Source: Planctomycetota bacterium
Lineage (GTDB): Bacteria > Planctomycetota > PLA2 > JAEUHO01
DNA length: 64,000 nucleotides
NCBI GenBank assembly: GCA_020631815.1
Contig: JACKGW010000003.1
Coordinates: 175,169-239,168, forward strand
Direction: 5' to 3'
Shown here: in pieces, positions 63,607 to 64,000 of the stretch
How positions within the stretch are numbered: the first letter of the stretch is position 1
How the letters are laid out: every line of letters begins with the position of its first letter
The notes under the pieces: generated by a model
What the model was told of the DNA's origin: nothing
Databases searched by the model: none
The model's input: only the letters and a program-made list of their open reading frames with translations
Made by a program: the position numbers and the translations under genes

Positions 63607-64000
63607 CGGGGCCCGACCTCGGGCGCGGGACGCGGTGGCGTGCGCGGGACCTGCGCGGCGGGTGCGACCTCCGACGCAGGGCCTGCATGCACCAGCTGGT
63701 CGTCGAAGAAGATGTGGGGCCGGAACGCCTTCACGATGGGCGCCTTGCGCACACCGCCCAGGAAGAAGCACTCGTCGATGCGCACGCCCAACGCGTGCAG
63801 CGTGTTCACGACGCGCTCGTGGCTCACCGAGTCGCGCGCCGTGATCAGGGCGGTGCGCACCGGGCAGTCTTCGGGCGGAAACCGCTCTTGGATGCGACAG
63901 AGCGCCCGCAGGAACGGCAGGAACGGACCGGCCTCCATCGGCTCGGAAGCCCGCGCGGCCTCGTTCGCCTGGAAGGCCTCGAGGCCTTCGCGCTGGTACA
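63603..64000 (-). CDS. 5'-nucleotidase (PF06189-like), C-terminal part; the gene continues beyond the window end
   Basis: …VRTALITARDSVSHERVVNTLHALGVRIDECFFLGGVRKAPIVKAFRPHIFFDDQ…. The frame stays open upstream of the track Met to position 64000. Confidence 0.55.
   Translation of the reverse strand, partial: YQREGLEAFQANEAARASEPMEAGPFLPFLRALCRIQERFPPEDCPVRTALITARDSVSHERVVNTLHALGVRIDECFFLGGVRKAPIVKAFRPHIFFDDQLVHAGPASEVAPAAQVPRTPPRPAPEVGPR

Overview
High-GC (about 70% by eye) chromosomal segment, with gene content and style that fit a Myxococcota-like organism (taxon is inference only). Genes are densely packed and lie almost entirely on the minus strand between 7.7 and 50 kb.

Contents in order:
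- Two tandem paralogous giant lipoprotein genes (1-6419). The complete copy is split by a 1-nt frameshift in a G7 run.
- A small SdrD-B-like lipoprotein.
- A complete 14-gene NADH:quinone oxidoreductase operon, nuoA-N (22714 down to 7719).
- A CRTAC1/ASPIC-UnbV lipoprotein, Lon protease and a SAM methyltransferase.
- A 4.4-kb block of three poorly characterised envelope proteins, separated by a repeat family built from two palindromes.
- A family-5 ABC importer (binding protein plus two permeases, no ATPase genes). Its binding protein looks circularly permuted.
- An S51 peptidase, der, a methyltransferase, queE, yacG, an FmdB zinc-ribbon gene, grpE and dnaJ.
- A groEL-groES-groEL sandwich.
- Two thioredoxin-like CxxC paralogs, asnB, cutA, a GGDEF cyclase, a TAT-subunit/GMC dehydrogenase pair, a fused membrane/spermidine-synthase-like protein and a partial 5'-nucleotidase.

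I saw no rRNA, tRNA, CRISPR array, transposase, integrase or phage genes.

Most of the window is housekeeping, and I cannot point to a convincing new multi-gene system. The best leads are:
- the homopolymer frameshift in the giant lipoprotein gene;
- the palindromic intergenic repeat family;
- the apparently circularly permuted binding protein;
- the His/Asp-rich tails on NuoK and on one GroEL;
- the 456-bp non-coding spacer inside the nuo operon.

The ORF track treats GTG as a start and reports the longest ORF, so many track ORFs are over-extended at the 5' end. I re-placed those starts by homology and by recurrent GTGA/ATGA stop-start overlaps. All identities and counts are by-eye or hand estimates.
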